Below, one piece after another: positions 18,722-28,256 of a stretch of DNA of 64,000 bases (the first letter of the stretch is position 1; each line of letters begins with the position of its first letter). Below the pieces are notes generated by a model. The model made no database searches, was not told the origin of the DNA, and was given only the letters and a program-made list of their open reading frames with translations. The stretch lies in IMG/VR virus record IMGVR_UViG_3300036766_002181, positions 62,001 to 126,000 of that record. One strand, written 5' to 3'. Made by a program: the position numbers and the translations under genes.

Positions 18722-19234
18722 TTAAAAAATCAACGGCCAAAGCGCCTTAACAATAATTGCTATGGCCGCAAGAAGAAAGGCCCACAAAACCTTGTTTGTA
18801 TTCTTGTTTAGTCTAACTGCTCCATCCAGGTGTTCTAAACCCTGCCCGCCTATTTTTTTTAAACTGTTTTCAAGATTTTCAACCATCATCAATCTGCTGC
18901 TATATGATTTGGTACTTTCAGAAAGTTCTCTTATCTCGTCAACCAGACCGGCACTTATATTTTTTGTATCCTGAATTCTTCGATAGATGCCATCATCAGG
19001 ATTATATAGGGCCTGTCCTATTTCTCCAATCTTCTCCTTTGTTTCATCCTGTTTAATCATAACCGAGTTAAGATCAGAAACAATTTTTCCTTGAATATCC
19101 TTAATTTCATTTACCTTATTAACAAGCTCGTGAAATTCCCCATTCATGGCTGGTGAGTTTTTTATTTCTCTTAATAGGGAAAGGATTTCTTTTTCTTCTT
19201 GTTGTGCCGAGGGCATACTATTCCAATCCAACAA
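18722..19234 (-). CDS. Coiled-coil protein with C-terminal TM anchor (holin/haemolysin-XhlA-like architecture)
   Basis: Heptad-rich body and C-terminal VLWAFLLAAIAIIVKALWPLIF. Confidence 0.55.
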   Translation of the reverse strand: MLDWNSMPSAQQEEKEILSLLREIKNSPAMNGEFHELVNKVNEIKDIQGKIVSDLNSVMIKQDETKEKIGEIGQALYNPDDGIYRRIQDTKNISAGLVDEIRELSESTKSYSSRLMMVENLENSLKKIGGQGLEHLDGAVRLNKNTNKVLWAFLLAAIAIIVKALWPLIF

Positions 19235-19264
19235 TCGAACAATAACGTATTATAAGATATAAAT

Positions 19265-20794
19265 ATGGAAGAATTTAACAAAATCAATAAATTTACCAAT
19301 TTTAATAATCGACAAGGGTTCTTGGCCGAACTCACAAGAGTCTCTGATAAGTTTGTCAAAAACTATACGAATATAGAGAGCCTAATAACACAAAATTTAA
19401 TTCTTATAGACAAAAATAATTCTTATCATTTTCTTAACGAAATTCTAAAGCCCGACTTAAACAACAAAATAGAAGTTAATATATGTAGGCTTTTAAGCAA
19501 AACAATGCACCAATCAGAATTATTGGCCTGTGATGCTTCTCGCATGGTTTTTGCCGGGGCCTTATTGGCACTTGAAAAAATATTAAGAAATGAAAAGCTG
19601 TTAAATACAATTCTTCATAAAGATGATGATTTTGAGCAGAGCCTAGAACAGGCCATGAGAAAAATCAAGGAAGCAATTCAAAATTGTGCCTCTATACCAA
19701 CAAAAAATACAATAAAAAGCCAATCAGCATTTTTTGCCCAATTCACAACACAAGGTACAGAGCAGTTGCATCGTGTCTGTATTGAAGCAGTTGAATTGGC
19801 CGGCCTAGAAGGCAAGATTTTTATAAAAAATGGAACACAGAATAATCACTACATTCTTGAATTAAAGGATGGCTATACCTTTGACTTGTTAGAATCTTTT
19901 GAAATGTTTTCTCAGCAGCCATCGGGTGGAGTTTGGGAAAAAAGAGAATGCAAGGCCCTTGTTGTTGATGGCTTTGTTGAAAAGGTTTCTGAGATTGATC
20001 AACTTTTGAATGTTGCCTATGAAACAAAACAACCTATGATTATTGTTTCCCAGGGCTTTTCTGAGGAGGTTGTCTCCACTTTATTTACAAATTGGAGACA
20101 AGAAAAACTTCAGGTTTTGCCAATTAAACTAAAACAAGATATAGATAGCCTCAATGTTATTAATGACATTGGTGCGGTTTGCGGTATGGAGCCTATTTCA
20201 TATCTGCGAGGCGAACTATCAAAATATATTAAGTTTGAAAATTTGCCAACAATTGATCGTATTACCGTTGCCTTTAACAAAAAAAGTAGCAAGTCAAAAC
20301 ACCAGGTTTCCTTTGAAAACAATAAAACAAAAAAGGCAGTCTTTGCTCAAATAAAAGCCCTCTCAGAAAAAAGAGAACAAAATAAATTTGTTGAGGACGT
20401 ACAGGGCTTCATGGACAATAGAATTAAAAGCCTATCTCCAAATTCTGTTTATTTTTATTTGCCAAATGAAAGCCCTGCCTCTTTGGATCAAAAAAGAATA
20501 ATAATAGATACCAAGCTAAGACAAATAAAAGGCATGTTTAATTATGGCGTTGTTGACAGCGACGACTGGTGTTATCACCTAACCCGAGATTATTTGCTTC
20601 ATCATAGCGGAATTTATAGCATGGCGGAAAATGAGTTTGAAGAAATTTTTTTCAAGTTTATTACTGAGATTTTTTTCGATATCAGATACGGACACAGCTT
20701 CTCTTCTTTGGCAGTCTACGTAGGACTCCTTTTGGGGATTAAGCTTGGCTTCTCTTTAATTTCTTCGGGTGGAATCATAACAACAGAAAGCTAG
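19265..20794 (+). CDS. Divergent GroEL/chaperonin-like protein lacking the canonical ATP-binding motif
   Basis: Apical-domain-like ALVVDGFVEKVSEIDQLLNVAYETKQPMIIVSQGFSEEVVSTLFTN, DIGAVCG, NYGVV; GDGTT is replaced by CDASR. Confidence 0.8.
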   Translation: MEEFNKINKFTNFNNRQGFLAELTRVSDKFVKNYTNIESLITQNLILIDKNNSYHFLNEILKPDLNNKIEVNICRLLSKTMHQSELLACDASRMVFAGALLALEKILRNEKLLNTILHKDDDFEQSLEQAMRKIKEAIQNCASIPTKNTIKSQSAFFAQFTTQGTEQLHRVCIEAVELAGLEGKIFIKNGTQNNHYILELKDGYTFDLLESFEMFSQQPSGGVWEKRECKALVVDGFVEKVSEIDQLLNVAYETKQPMIIVSQGFSEEVVSTLFTNWRQEKLQVLPIKLKQDIDSLNVINDIGAVCGMEPISYLRGELSKYIKFENLPTIDRITVAFNKKSSKSKHQVSFENNKTKKAVFAQIKALSEKREQNKFVEDVQGFMDNRIKSLSPNSVYFYLPNESPASLDQKRIIIDTKLRQIKGMFNYGVVDSDDWCYHLTRDYLLHHSGIYSMAENEFEEIFFKFITEIFFDIRYGHSFSSLAVYVGLLLGIKLGFSLISSGGIITTES

Positions 20795-21240
20795 GGCAAG
20801 CCACCAAGATATACAACGGAAAGAGTGGGAGTAAGACCGAGCGCAACGCCCGTTACATTAAACCCGCACATTTCTACATAGTCTCCTACAACAAGCCTTA
20901 CGATGGAGGAGACAATGAAGTTTGCTCCTGACTGAGCAACGCTTGTTTCAGACAGTATTGTCGTTCCATTTTTTCTTAGGGCCACAGAAAATCTTTGATA
21001 TGGTGGTAGAGCATATGCGCCTGCTGCCACTTCTCCTGCAAAAAAATAAATACCAGGCCAGCCATCAGGGATTGTTATTCTGCTTGTATTGGTTGTAAGG
21101 CTGTGAAGGCCTCCGTTATTGTAGGTTTGTGCCGTGTAGACTATTGCCACATATGTTGAATTACCTGCAATGAGAGTGCCGGCGGCAGCAGTTACTCTAC
21201 AGCCTGGCGTGACAAAATCATGACCATTTAAGGCTACCAT
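20791..21240 (-). CDS. C1q/TNF-like jelly-roll protein, paralogue 1 (putative receptor-binding subunit)
   Basis: HSLTTNTSRITIPDGWPGIYFF...LRKNG...LVVGDYVE. Confidence 0.65.
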   Translation of the reverse strand: MVALNGHDFVTPGCRVTAAAGTLIAGNSTYVAIVYTAQTYNNGGLHSLTTNTSRITIPDGWPGIYFFAGEVAAGAYALPPYQRFSVALRKNGTTILSETSVAQSGANFIVSSIVRLVVGDYVEMCGFNVTGVALGLTPTLSVVYLGGLP

Positions 21241-21569
21241 GGTATGCCGCCAACATAATGAATGTTAAGACTTGCATATGCGTTTACACTTCCTCCGGAA
21301 GAAGAGTGCTTACCTTGAATCTCCAAGTAATCTCCTGGAACAAGGAAGGCAACTGTTTCGAAAAAATAATATGTATAGTTTAAATACGGATATATGTTGG
21401 TTTTTCCCCAGGTTTGCAGGGTGGTTGCACCGTTTTTTATTATCCAACAAGAATGATCTGTAGTAAAGTTTGCCTTGGTCACAGACCAAATTATTTTACC
21501 GCAAATCAAATATTGTCCAGGCCAGCCATCAGGGATTGTTATTCTGCCTGTATTTGTTGTAAGGCTATG
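21053..21569. repeat. 53-bp direct repeat (21053-21105 and 21517-21569), 50/53 identical
   Basis: CCAGGCCAGCCATCAGGGATTGTTATTCTGC(T/C)TGTATT(G/T)GTTGTAAGGCT(G/A)TG read in both copies. Confidence 0.9.
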
Positions 21570-21722
21570 CATACTATGTGTATCATAGTTTTCAACCGGA
21601 AGAGTAATCGTTGTTGCTACACCTCCATTTGGAACAGATTGGGCACCACTAAAATTTGTAGATTCACATCTTGGCACAATTGGATTAATGCTATCATCGT
21701 TTTTTGAAGTTAAGGATTTCAT
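21234..21722 (-). CDS. C1q/TNF-like jelly-roll protein, paralogue 2
   Basis: ENYDTHSMHSLTTNTGRITIPDGWPGQYLI...IIKNG...LVPGDYLE. Confidence 0.65.
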   Translation of the reverse strand: MKSLTSKNDDSINPIVPRCESTNFSGAQSVPNGGVATTITLPVENYDTHSMHSLTTNTGRITIPDGWPGQYLICGKIIWSVTKANFTTDHSCWIIKNGATTLQTWGKTNIYPYLNYTYYFFETVAFLVPGDYLEIQGKHSSSGGSVNAYASLNIHYVGGIPW

Positions 21723-21725
21723 TAT

Positions 21726-22211
21726 TTAAAATCCTATCCATTGTGCTGAAAAAAACTGCCCTGACATAGTAAATGTGTTTACTTGCACGGTCTGAAATTC
21801 AAAGTAATCTCCGGCAACAGCATTGGCAACCTTGGAAAACGCATAGCCGTGTTGCGTCTCGGGGCCATCACCGACGACCATATAATCTATATTTGTATTA
21901 TTTTTTACAATTGCAAAATGGAGTCCATCTTCATCTCCAACATCTGCTCCTAGACCACCGGCACAAAAAAGATAATATCCTGGCCAGCCTGCCGGTATGG
22001 TTATTCTTCCCGTATTTGTTGTTGTACTATGCATGCCCCCAAAGTCATGATCTTCTGTATTAAAGGTCACAACAACCCACCCACCCCCAGAAGACATTGA
22101 TTGTGTCGTAGAGTTTGTCAGACGACAACCGGGAGCACCAAGCTTGTAAGTTAGACTTGGCCTTCCTCTGCCGTTAATGCCGGCAGGATTTCCTCTACCA
22201 CAACTAATCAT
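21726..22211 (-). CDS. C1q/TNF-like jelly-roll protein, paralogue 3
   Basis: EDHDFGGMHSTTTNTGRITIPAGWPGYYLF...IVKNN...AVAGDYFE. Confidence 0.65.
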   Translation of the reverse strand: MISCGRGNPAGINGRGRPSLTYKLGAPGCRLTNSTTQSMSSGGGWVVVTFNTEDHDFGGMHSTTTNTGRITIPAGWPGYYLFCAGGLGADVGDEDGLHFAIVKNNTNIDYMVVGDGPETQHGYAFSKVANAVAGDYFEFQTVQVNTFTMSGQFFSAQWIGF

Positions 22212-23080
22212 TGATACTTAAACCCAAATTTTACTTGCACACCAGTTGCAGTATATACCGGCGTGTTTGTTGTCCCGTTTACTATGGCAACATAAAGATT
22301 GCTGTCTCCTGCTGCGGCTTTAACCGGCATACTAAGCCCTGACAGGTTTACTACCTTTGCACCGCTTATTGTCACATAATCGCCAGTCGATATACCAACT
22401 GCTGCCACAACGTTTCTTAGATTTGCATCTGAAATGTTTGGAACAGATCCTTCTGTGCCAAACGAAGTATTTGTGCTGCTAATATATAGATAAAAAGAAG
22501 CACCCTGGGCATCTTCGTCTAGGACAAAAATTGAATCAAGAATTGCAGAGCCACCAGCCTCTTGTACGGCAGAGGCTATGGCCTGAGTATCAGCCAACAA
22601 AGAACTTGTTCCATATGTTAAACTTGCTGAAAGAGTCATTGTAACCGTAAAAAGATTTGCAGGGACAGGTCTTACCCATAAACGCTGGTATGAATCTACT
22701 CTGGCAAATTCAAATTGAGCATTTGCTCCAGCACTAGCAGTTGGTGCCGTTTGCATCTCAAACAACGAGGCAACTCCTATGTCTGTCGAACTGGTTGTTG
22801 TATTTATTGATCTCGTGTGTGGAATGTTTGAAATCGAAGCCGTGATCGCTGAATCTGCTGTAACGTGTGCCCATATCCTATGCTTGTCATCTACTCTTGG
22901 TGTTGCATATTTTGCATCGGCCTGCCCTGTAAGGGGCACAAATTGCACCTCAAACAGTGGAGTTAGGCCAACATCGCTAGAGCCTGTAACCTGGCCCTGT
23001 GCCTTTCCGAGCTGAGTTGAGCCTGTTCCAGGAATATGAGAAACTATAGAAGAGCTTAAATTGCCAAAATCTGTTGTCAT
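22208..23080 (-). CDS. Putative tail/baseplate structural protein
   Basis: Ser/Thr/Ala/Gly-rich beta-type composition, internal repeat (LFEVQ..YATPRVDDKHRIW / LFEMQ..FARVDSYQRLW), late-promoter motif upstream. Confidence 0.6.
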   Translation of the reverse strand: MTTDFGNLSSSIVSHIPGTGSTQLGKAQGQVTGSSDVGLTPLFEVQFVPLTGQADAKYATPRVDDKHRIWAHVTADSAITASISNIPHTRSINTTTSSTDIGVASLFEMQTAPTASAGANAQFEFARVDSYQRLWVRPVPANLFTVTMTLSASLTYGTSSLLADTQAIASAVQEAGGSAILDSIFVLDEDAQGASFYLYISSTNTSFGTEGSVPNISDANLRNVVAAVGISTGDYVTISGAKVVNLSGLSMPVKAAAGDSNLYVAIVNGTTNTPVYTATGVQVKFGFKYQ

Positions 23081-23102
23081 AAATTATATTTAAATATTTC
23101 TC

Positions 23103-24602
23103 CTATGGAATTCTTATAATGCTTGATAATGTAAAAAGATTTATCATACTAGCCGCACTAGAAAAATAGCCCTTATTTTGTGCCGAGCCATTCCCCACAT
23201 CCCAATCAAGGTTACTTGCATGACCCAGGGCCGGGGCAGTTGGCAGCAAAAGCTTTCCGCCATAGTTAACGGCAACCGCCAGCCCTGCGCCAGAGGGCTG
23301 TCCTGTTACATCTCCTGCCAAGACAACGTTTGCCGTTGTTACTCTTAGACAGGCTCCAGTAACCGTAGAAAGTTCCGCATTGTCAATTCGTACGCTTGTG
23401 GGATAGGCCGAATATGCTCCAAGCAAGGTTCCTGCATGGATGGCATCATCAGAACTAAGGGCAACAAGTTGTGTGGCCGGATGGAGCGAAGAGCCAACAA
23501 TGGCCACTCCTGTGGCCGGATGAAAAATTCCAAAACCTGCTGTATAACTTGAAGCAGAGGGCGGTGCAATTCGACCAATAAATTTAATTGTCGAATGTTT
23601 GCTATCGCCATTTGACTGATATCTTATTTCGCCAATTAAAATCAAAAAATTAAAATCTTGCAACAAAGCAAAGGTAGCTCGATCCGAGGCATCCTGATGA
23701 GCCCCCCAACCAAGCCATAGATTTGCATTTGAAAGACTTATTGGCGAATTAAGCAAAAAAATTGGCGCTCCAATATTTCCGATCGCTCCAAATCCTACAT
23801 TTGATCTAAAAAAGCTAGGAAACCATCCTGCATAGTCTGCTGTGGCGCCATCAAATGTTTTTTCACAACCAAAAAAAGCGTAATTACAATCTGAAAAAAT
23901 TGGTCTAGCAGTAGAGTTGCTTGCCGCCAATCCAACTCCAATAAAACAATAACCTCCACTTTGGGCCGTATTTTGAGATTGCATGGAGGTTCCTTCAAAA
24001 AATGATTCAGATGTGGCGGCAGGCGTATTAAAAACAATTCTACAAGTATTCCATCGTGTAATTTTATACGAGTCTCCAACGCCCGGCACGGGCGAAAAAG
24101 TAATACAGGGAACAATGTCTGTCGTAGTGTTGTTCCTGATGGTTCTTCTGGCACCGTTTGCCGCACCAGAGGTTAGTTCTACGGTGTAGCCATTCCAAGA
24201 ATCTGCTATCAAGCCCGAATCCTTAACAACCTGGGCTCCTGTTGAGGCTCCTGTTGTTCCTGTTGAAATTGTTGTTTCTACAGTAGAATCCCAATCTTTA
24301 TCTGCTATAAAATAAACCCATTCTGCCAGGGTTCTTTTTCTAAACTTAGATGCCACATAATCCAGTCCCTTTAAATGAATCACCACTGGATTTGTAACAA
24401 TGAAAGGAATCATTGTTTCTGCCTTGCCAAGTGTTTGAATTGCGCTCAATTGAGACAAGCCATCGTTAGTGTCGTCACCAAAAGCAGAATCGACATAAAT
24501 GTGCAAAACCCCTGTCCCGATAGAAATAAGATTAGACAAATCAACATCAACAAGATGCTGCCTTCTGGTGGAGGTATCTATTGTTATAACCTTTTTTGTC
24601 AT
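23103..24602 (-). CDS. Putative tail fibre/tailspike with beta-helix region
   Basis: IYVDSAFGDDTNDGLS...QTLGKA beta-helix cap motif, Gly/Ser/Thr-rich body. Confidence 0.7.
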   Translation of the reverse strand: MTKKVITIDTSTRRQHLVDVDLSNLISIGTGVLHIYVDSAFGDDTNDGLSQLSAIQTLGKAETMIPFIVTNPVVIHLKGLDYVASKFRKRTLAEWVYFIADKDWDSTVETTISTGTTGASTGAQVVKDSGLIADSWNGYTVELTSGAANGARRTIRNNTTTDIVPCITFSPVPGVGDSYKITRWNTCRIVFNTPAATSESFFEGTSMQSQNTAQSGGYCFIGVGLAASNSTARPIFSDCNYAFFGCEKTFDGATADYAGWFPSFFRSNVGFGAIGNIGAPIFLLNSPISLSNANLWLGWGAHQDASDRATFALLQDFNFLILIGEIRYQSNGDSKHSTIKFIGRIAPPSASSYTAGFGIFHPATGVAIVGSSLHPATQLVALSSDDAIHAGTLLGAYSAYPTSVRIDNAELSTVTGACLRVTTANVVLAGDVTGQPSGAGLAVAVNYGGKLLLPTAPALGHASNLDWDVGNGSAQNKGYFSSAASMINLFTLSSIIRIP

Positions 24603-26716
24603 TAGTCTATTTCGATTATCTCGCCCTTTTCAATCACCATATAAGTATCCAAACCTGGAGCTTCATTGCTAAGAACAATCTTTCCAACAGGAACAATAAA
24701 TTCACCAGATCCGGTAGGCATAAGATTTGTATAACTTCCACTTGTTATAGTTGATAGATAAATTCTATCTCCTTCTAACCAAGTAGTTCCCTCTTGAAGA
24801 GAGGCGGTGATAAAGGCATCTCCTGCCCGTTGCACCTCACCAACAGACCCGGCAGCAATCGTGCCTGTCCATCCCTCGGGAATGGCTTGTGGAACAATTC
24901 CTAAAAATTTAGAACCCGTTGCATCATTTGCTATGGCAAGCATCATTTCGTGATTACCGCCTGGGGGCTCAAAAACTGCCTGACCCTCTGTAATTGAAAA
25001 AGCCATGCTGTTTGTTAGGGCAATCGGAAGCTTTGAAGTAAACAAATAATGTTTATAGAAGGTTGTTCCCCCGGCTATAACCGGATCATAAAACCAAAGC
25101 TCGCCATTTCTTGATTGAATTTTGGTTGCATCATCATTTCCTATGTTTAAAGCACCAGAAAATCTTACAGATCCGCCAAAAACAGGAATTCTGTCGCCAG
25201 ATGAACCAGAAGAAATTGTTCCTGATATAAAAACGTGTACATCCGAGCCTATGCTTTTTGCGCTAGTTTCTTTAATTGGTCCAATTACAACATCCTTATC
25301 TGTATAAAGAGACGAATCAACAGAGGTCCAACGAAAATCTGGCAAAGAATATTGCTCTGGCTTTAGATAATAAACATCTAGCAGATCCGTGTTGTTCATG
25401 CCTGGTGCTTCGCCAGTTCCTGCCAACCACCTGATGGTTCTAAAGGATTTTCCTGTTAAAAGGTAATCTCTGCCCTGTCTCTGTTCGCTTCCATTTAAGA
25501 AAAGCAAAACTGAAGATGGATGTTTTGGTGTAAAACTAAGAAATGTACCTAGATTTTGGTCAATGCCAAAAATAGTTTCTGAATCTATTCTTTCTTGGAC
25601 AAGGCCCACATTTGAATCTGCTTGAAAATAAAAGGCCGTTAATATATCGCTTGAAGAAAGCGGAGTTGCCGTGCCTGTATCGGCAAGCCATCTGATTGTT
25701 TGGTTATCTGAGCCTGTTAATAAATAATCCTTGGTTGATCCTTGCGCTTGATAAATTCCATTTAAAAACAATAAAACGCTAGAAGTAATAGGCACATCAA
25801 ATAAGGTTGCCACAAGGTCCACGTCTGAGCCGCTTAAAACGTCTTCTGTGGTTATTTGCTCTTGATTTATCTTTATTCGTTCTGAATCTGAGGCAACATA
25901 GTATACGTCAAACACGTCTGTCGCATCTACATTTTGAGCCACGCCAGAACCGTTGAGCCACCGAATTGTACGAAAATCTTCGCCAGAAGATGTGATGGTA
26001 TATTCTTGTCCATCTCCCTGAAGAGCATGCAGCCCATTCAAAAATAAAAGAACACTTCCAGTTGTTGCAGGATCAAATGAAAGCTGCGTTGGCAGATTGG
26101 CATCATTTCCATCATCTATAAGAGTTGATTGAATTTTTTCTTGTAGATTGTTAATGGTTAACGTATTAAATTCAACATTTTCTTGAGATTGCGAAACTTC
26201 TATTCCATGCTTTTGAACAAGAGTACGAAAATCTAAAGTATCCGTTGCCGATGCCGAAGCAAAAACCTCTGCTCCCTGACCGAGATTGATACCAGAAACA
26301 GGCTTAATTAAAACATCCAGATAACCATCAACCGAACCAGTTACATCCACATTGCCTATAAAATTATAAGATTCAGTATCTCCCTCAACCAGGGCTCCTG
26401 TTAGTTTAGTTTCAAGAGGATTTATAGAGCCTGAACCAAGGTTTAGATTTCCTGAAACGAAAACGTCTCCACCAAAAACAGTTACACCATGACTATCTGA
26501 TTCGTCTCTACTATTAACGGCTCCAGAAACATATAAAAACACATCAGAGCCAATGCTTCCAGAATCAAAGGCATTTGGATTAATTTGTCCTGTATTTGGA
26601 TTTAATCCATCCTCAGATTCAATTGGGTATATTAATATGCTTGCTCCGGTCCCCGTGGAACCCGAGCTTATAATCTTGTTAAGCTGTATTTGATCTGCAC
26701 GAAAATCGCTTGTCAT
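24602..26716 (-). CDS. Tail fibre/virion structural protein with three tandem ~85-aa Ig-like repeats
   Basis: Three copies of SVLLFLNG...QG..Y.(L/I)T....TIRWL.GTG; repeated SIGSDV..SG and VFGG.V..SG segments. Confidence 0.75.
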   Translation of the reverse strand: MTSDFRADQIQLNKIISSGSTGTGASILIYPIESEDGLNPNTGQINPNAFDSGSIGSDVFLYVSGAVNSRDESDSHGVTVFGGDVFVSGNLNLGSGSINPLETKLTGALVEGDTESYNFIGNVDVTGSVDGYLDVLIKPVSGINLGQGAEVFASASATDTLDFRTLVQKHGIEVSQSQENVEFNTLTINNLQEKIQSTLIDDGNDANLPTQLSFDPATTGSVLLFLNGLHALQGDGQEYTITSSGEDFRTIRWLNGSGVAQNVDATDVFDVYYVASDSERIKINQEQITTEDVLSGSDVDLVATLFDVPITSSVLLFLNGIYQAQGSTKDYLLTGSDNQTIRWLADTGTATPLSSSDILTAFYFQADSNVGLVQERIDSETIFGIDQNLGTFLSFTPKHPSSVLLFLNGSEQRQGRDYLLTGKSFRTIRWLAGTGEAPGMNNTDLLDVYYLKPEQYSLPDFRWTSVDSSLYTDKDVVIGPIKETSAKSIGSDVHVFISGTISSGSSGDRIPVFGGSVRFSGALNIGNDDATKIQSRNGELWFYDPVIAGGTTFYKHYLFTSKLPIALTNSMAFSITEGQAVFEPPGGNHEMMLAIANDATGSKFLGIVPQAIPEGWTGTIAAGSVGEVQRAGDAFITASLQEGTTWLEGDRIYLSTITSGSYTNLMPTGSGEFIVPVGKIVLSNEAPGLDTYMVIEKGEIIEID

Positions 26717-26786
26717 ATCCGTAAAGTTAAATATGGCTAATACAGATACTAAATCAGACTATATTAAAACGAATTATTGATATTAA

Positions 26787-27455
26787 TCAAAGCCACAATC
26801 TGGTAAGATTTGCATAAGAAAAAGCTAAAAGCTTTTCTAATTCGGCCTTATCTAAGTTTCCCCTGGCCACATGATTAGAGGCCTTGGCCAGATTCCAAAG
26901 AATTTCTCTTTTTCTTGAATCTGAAATTCTTGAGGTTAGCCAGGTTAGGGCTACAAATCTTTCTCCCTTGACAATTGGCATAATTTGATGTTCTAAAAAA
27001 GATGAAAATACAACTGCCGTTCCTGCTGCTGGTTTAAAAGTAGAATTGACCGAGCCAAAATTAAAAACCATTTCGCCACCGTCATATTCTTCTGGCTCAC
27101 TAAGCAAAATAGAAACTGAAAGATCCCTTCTTTTTAACTTTCCTCTTATTCCCGAATCTACATGTAGGCCGTAATGATCCTTTGTTGCCGAATCATATCT
27201 TGATATAAAAGCTCTTTCTACTTCTTCTGGCCAGGCAATGCTAGAAAATGATGGAGTATTTCTTAATTTGTCCTCTACTAGATCTGATATTTTTTGGGGC
27301 GGCTTTAGCATCTGACTATTTTTCTTTTGACTCTTTGCTCCAAACCCGGCAGTTGTGGCACCCTCTGACCAGCTTTCTTTTGGCTCTAAACTTATGGCAT
27401 TTCTTACTTCTGAAACTTCGTTTTTTGTTAATAGGTCAATTAAAAATATAGACAT
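26787..27455 (-). CDS. PKHD-type 2OG-Fe(II) hydroxylase (PiuC/YbiX-like)
   Basis: TAG..AK..K.N, YGLHVD (HxD), RDLSVSILLSEPEEYDGGE, LEH, GERFVALTW. Confidence 0.9.
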   Translation of the reverse strand: MSIFLIDLLTKNEVSEVRNAISLEPKESWSEGATTAGFGAKSQKKNSQMLKPPQKISDLVEDKLRNTPSFSSIAWPEEVERAFISRYDSATKDHYGLHVDSGIRGKLKRRDLSVSILLSEPEEYDGGEMVFNFGSVNSTFKPAAGTAVVFSSFLEHQIMPIVKGERFVALTWLTSRISDSRKREILWNLAKASNHVARGNLDKAELEKLLAFSYANLTRLWL

Positions 27456-27463
27456 AATTTTTA

Positions 27464-28210
27464 TTATTGACTAGTAACGATAAAATGGATTTTATTTGTC
27501 AGATTTGAACTAATTGTATTTGCAGATCCGCTAAGATTAAAGGATTCGTTTGTAAGCTCAACATTGGCAGTGTTGTTTCCAATCGAATCGTGTGCAGAGG
27601 CCCTGTATTCTATAGTTCCTGGTGTAATGGTATAACTTGCCGTATACGCTGATTGATCTGTCACATCGACTTCTCCGCCATAAATTGTAAACAATGAAGC
27701 CGTAAATGGACTATTTGTTTTGGGAGAACCGCCATGAAGAACCAGGGCCGGATAGTTTGGTGAAAGATCTGAAAATACTGCCCTATATCTAACCGCACCA
27801 GAAAATGGCGCAGAAACACCTACGACAAATTGGCCAGAAATTGGAAGGCTTAAACCAAAGGCATTAATATTTGAAGAACTATTTTCAGTTGGTTCCACAG
27901 AGAAAACAACAAAGGGATCGCCAGAGAACTCAAAATTGTAGTTTCCGGTTACAAAGGTTTCATTATCAAAGTAAACCAATCCTTCATCATACTCGGCATA
28001 CTTGACAATAACCACGCCCTGAAGGTCGTTGTCTTTTATTACAAAATAGTCCCTGTGTCTGTAGGTTTGATTTAAGTCAAATGAAATGCTCTTGGAAGAG
28101 TGGATATCAACAAAGTTTAATATTTTTGGTTTTTGTCTGTTATAAGAATATACCTTGCGCCAAATGTTTCTTTTTCCAGCATAACGAAAGTCTTGACCAT
28201 CTCCAGACAT
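27464..28210 (-). CDS. Putative virion structural protein
   Basis: Beta-rich composition, late-promoter motif at 28215-28222. Confidence 0.55.
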   Translation of the reverse strand: MSGDGQDFRYAGKRNIWRKVYSYNRQKPKILNFVDIHSSKSISFDLNQTYRHRDYFVIKDNDLQGVVIVKYAEYDEGLVYFDNETFVTGNYNFEFSGDPFVVFSVEPTENSSSNINAFGLSLPISGQFVVGVSAPFSGAVRYRAVFSDLSPNYPALVLHGGSPKTNSPFTASLFTIYGGEVDVTDQSAYTASYTITPGTIEYRASAHDSIGNNTANVELTNESFNLSGSANTISSNLTNKIHFIVTSQ

Positions 28211-28256
28211 AGACTTAAGTATTTGTAGGGGCGTTTAATAAGAGGAATAAGGCTTA

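Noticed and set aside
20791-22211. Diversity-generating retroelement (template/variable repeat)
   Set aside because: No reverse transcriptase in the window, the mismatches are not adenine-specific, and the repeat lies in the conserved core rather than a variable C-terminus.
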